Source of the DNA: Thermoleophilia bacterium
Lineage (GTDB): Bacteria; Actinomycetota; Thermoleophilia; Gaiellales; F1-60-MAGs149
Length of the DNA stretch: 41,827 bases
Assembly (NCBI GenBank): GCA_032119475.1
Contig: JAUMCA010000126.1
Location: 1 to 41,827, forward strand
Direction of reading: 5' to 3'
A program made the translations under genes and the position numbers. The notes beneath the pieces were generated by a model. That model saw nothing but the letters and a program-made list of their open reading frames with translations, was not told where the DNA came from and searched no databases. Positions 40,991 to 41,827 of this stretch are shown piece after piece (within the stretch, counting starts at the first letter, position 1; each line of letters starts with the position of its first letter).

Positions 40991-41827
40991 TCAGTCCTGC
41001 TGCGCTGCCCAGCGGCCGGCGCGGATGCCGGACTCGATCGCGCCGTCGATGAAGCCGGCCCAGCCGTCGGCGAGGTCCGAGCCCGCGAGGATCAGGCGCC
41101 CCTCGGGGCGCTGCATCTCCGCGTGGAAGCGCGCGTACCAGCCGGGCCGGTGCACGGCCCACGTGCCGCGCGACCACGGGTCATCGACCCAGTCGTGCGC
41201 CGTCGCCGCCCGGATCACCCGCCCGGGCAGCGTCGCGTCGAGCTGCCGCTGGAGCGCCCCGGGGTCGTCCACCGCGATCGCCGTGTGATCGACGCCGAAG
41301 GCGATCAGGACGTCCGTGCCGTCGTCGAGCCGCTGCTGCGTGCTGACGTGGCCGATCGGCGCGGCGTGGTGGAGCGCGTTGATCCCCTCGCCGCTGGCGT
41401 CGACGCGTAGGTGCACCTTGGCGCCGCGCGACGGCTGCCCGCCCGCGATCCCCGCGCGCTTGCCCTCCGAGACCTCCATGGCGATCGCCCCGAGCACGTT
41501 CAGCGGTACGGCCACGACCACGGCGCGCGCGGCGTGGGCGGTGCCGTCGGCGGTGGTCACCACGACGCGGTCCGGCTCCTGCTCGATCGCCGTCACCGGC
41601 GTCGCCAGCCGCGTCTCCGCCGCGGCCGCCCGGTGGATCGGCTCCAGGATCGCGCGGGTCCCCTCGGCGATCGTGATCGCCCCGCCGGTCTCGACGGCGA
41701 GGTCGAAGTCGTGGCCGCTCAGCGCGTGCCAGCGCACGACGCTGAACGCGCCGCTCTCCTCGAGCGGGCCGTGGGCGAGCGTCATCAGCTCGGCGCGGAG
41801 GACGTCGCGCTCCTCGTCGGTCAGGTC
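40991..41827 (-). CDS. flavin-containing amine oxidase (MAO-like), 5'-truncated by window end
   Basis: The frame of ORF 40991..41785(-) stays open to the window edge (DLTDEERDVLRAELMTLAHG...). The C-terminal flavin amine-oxidase motif is RLILAGSDLADGWAGFIDGAIESG. Only about 278 C-terminal residues are visible. Confidence 0.8.
   Translation of the reverse strand, partial: DLTDEERDVLRAELMTLAHGPLEESGAFSVVRWHALSGHDFDLAVETGGAITIAEGTRAILEPIHRAAAAETRLATPVTAIEQEPDRVVVTTADGTAHAARAVVVAVPLNVLGAIAMEVSEGKRAGIAGGQPSRGAKVHLRVDASGEGINALHHAAPIGHVSTQQRLDDGTDVLIAFGVDHTAIAVDDPGALQRQLDATLPGRVIRAATAHDWVDDPWSRGTWAVHRPGWYARFHAEMQRPEGRLILAGSDLADGWAGFIDGAIESGIRAGRWAAQQD

Noticed and set aside
1-41827. tRNA, rRNA, transposase/integrase, prophage or toxin-antitoxin or defence genes.
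   Set aside because: None recognised. All sizeable non-coding gaps are under about 190 bp, and no ORF shows DDE, tyrosine/serine recombinase, or typical defence-system motifs.

Overview
This is a 41,827-bp, very GC-rich, gene-dense chromosomal segment. Strong G/C third-position bias and many GTG/TTG starts make it look Actinomycetota-like. I call 39 protein-coding genes, one cut by the right window edge. I see no rRNA, tRNA, CRISPR array, transposase or integrase. All family assignments come from motifs read by eye in the supplied translations; no database search was run.

Content, left to right:
(1) A translationally coupled amidohydrolase_2 + Rieske pair, a PLDc_N/SHOCT membrane protein, RidA, a 5-aminolevulinate synthase and a secreted TIM-barrel-like protein.
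(2) A sarcosine-centred block. It holds a dimethylglycine/sarcosine-dehydrogenase-like FAD-GcvT fusion with isochorismatase, LLM oxidoreductase and TetR genes. A FadR-type GntR sits divergent to a single-chain hydantoinase A/B (N-methylhydantoinase-like) plus an N-carbamoylsarcosine-amidase-like gene.
(3) A lipoprotein, a membrane coiled-coil protein, a second LLM oxidoreductase and a secreted YVTN beta-propeller.
(4) A CoA-ligase / enoyl-CoA hydratase / Baeyer-Villiger monooxygenase / amidohydrolase operon with a divergent acyl-CoA dehydrogenase.
(5) A methylcrotonyl-CoA-carboxylase-like operon.
(6) Two paralogous FAD amine oxidases flanking a homocysteine S-methyltransferase-family gene.
(7) The stand-out: a ten-gene bacterial microcompartment (BMC, metabolosome) operon at 33087-40895 on the minus strand. 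It encodes one BMC-H, one BMC-P and two tandem-domain shell proteins, an aminotransferase-fold PLP enzyme, a CoA-acylating aldehyde dehydrogenase with a C-terminal encapsulation-peptide-like helix, a hypothetical protein with an N-terminal encapsulation-peptide-like helix, an APH-fold kinase, an SDR and a HutC-type GntR. A palindrome-rich promoter precedes it and a MAO-like amine oxidase lies upstream.

Gene content and order match what I recall of the RMM (aminoacetone / 1-amino-2-propanol) microcompartment. The BMC type itself is therefore probably not new, but the accessory genes and regulatory architecture may be.

Other non-coding signals are a small family of AT-rich palindromic hairpin elements at two convergent gene junctions and three operator-like perfect or near-perfect palindromes.
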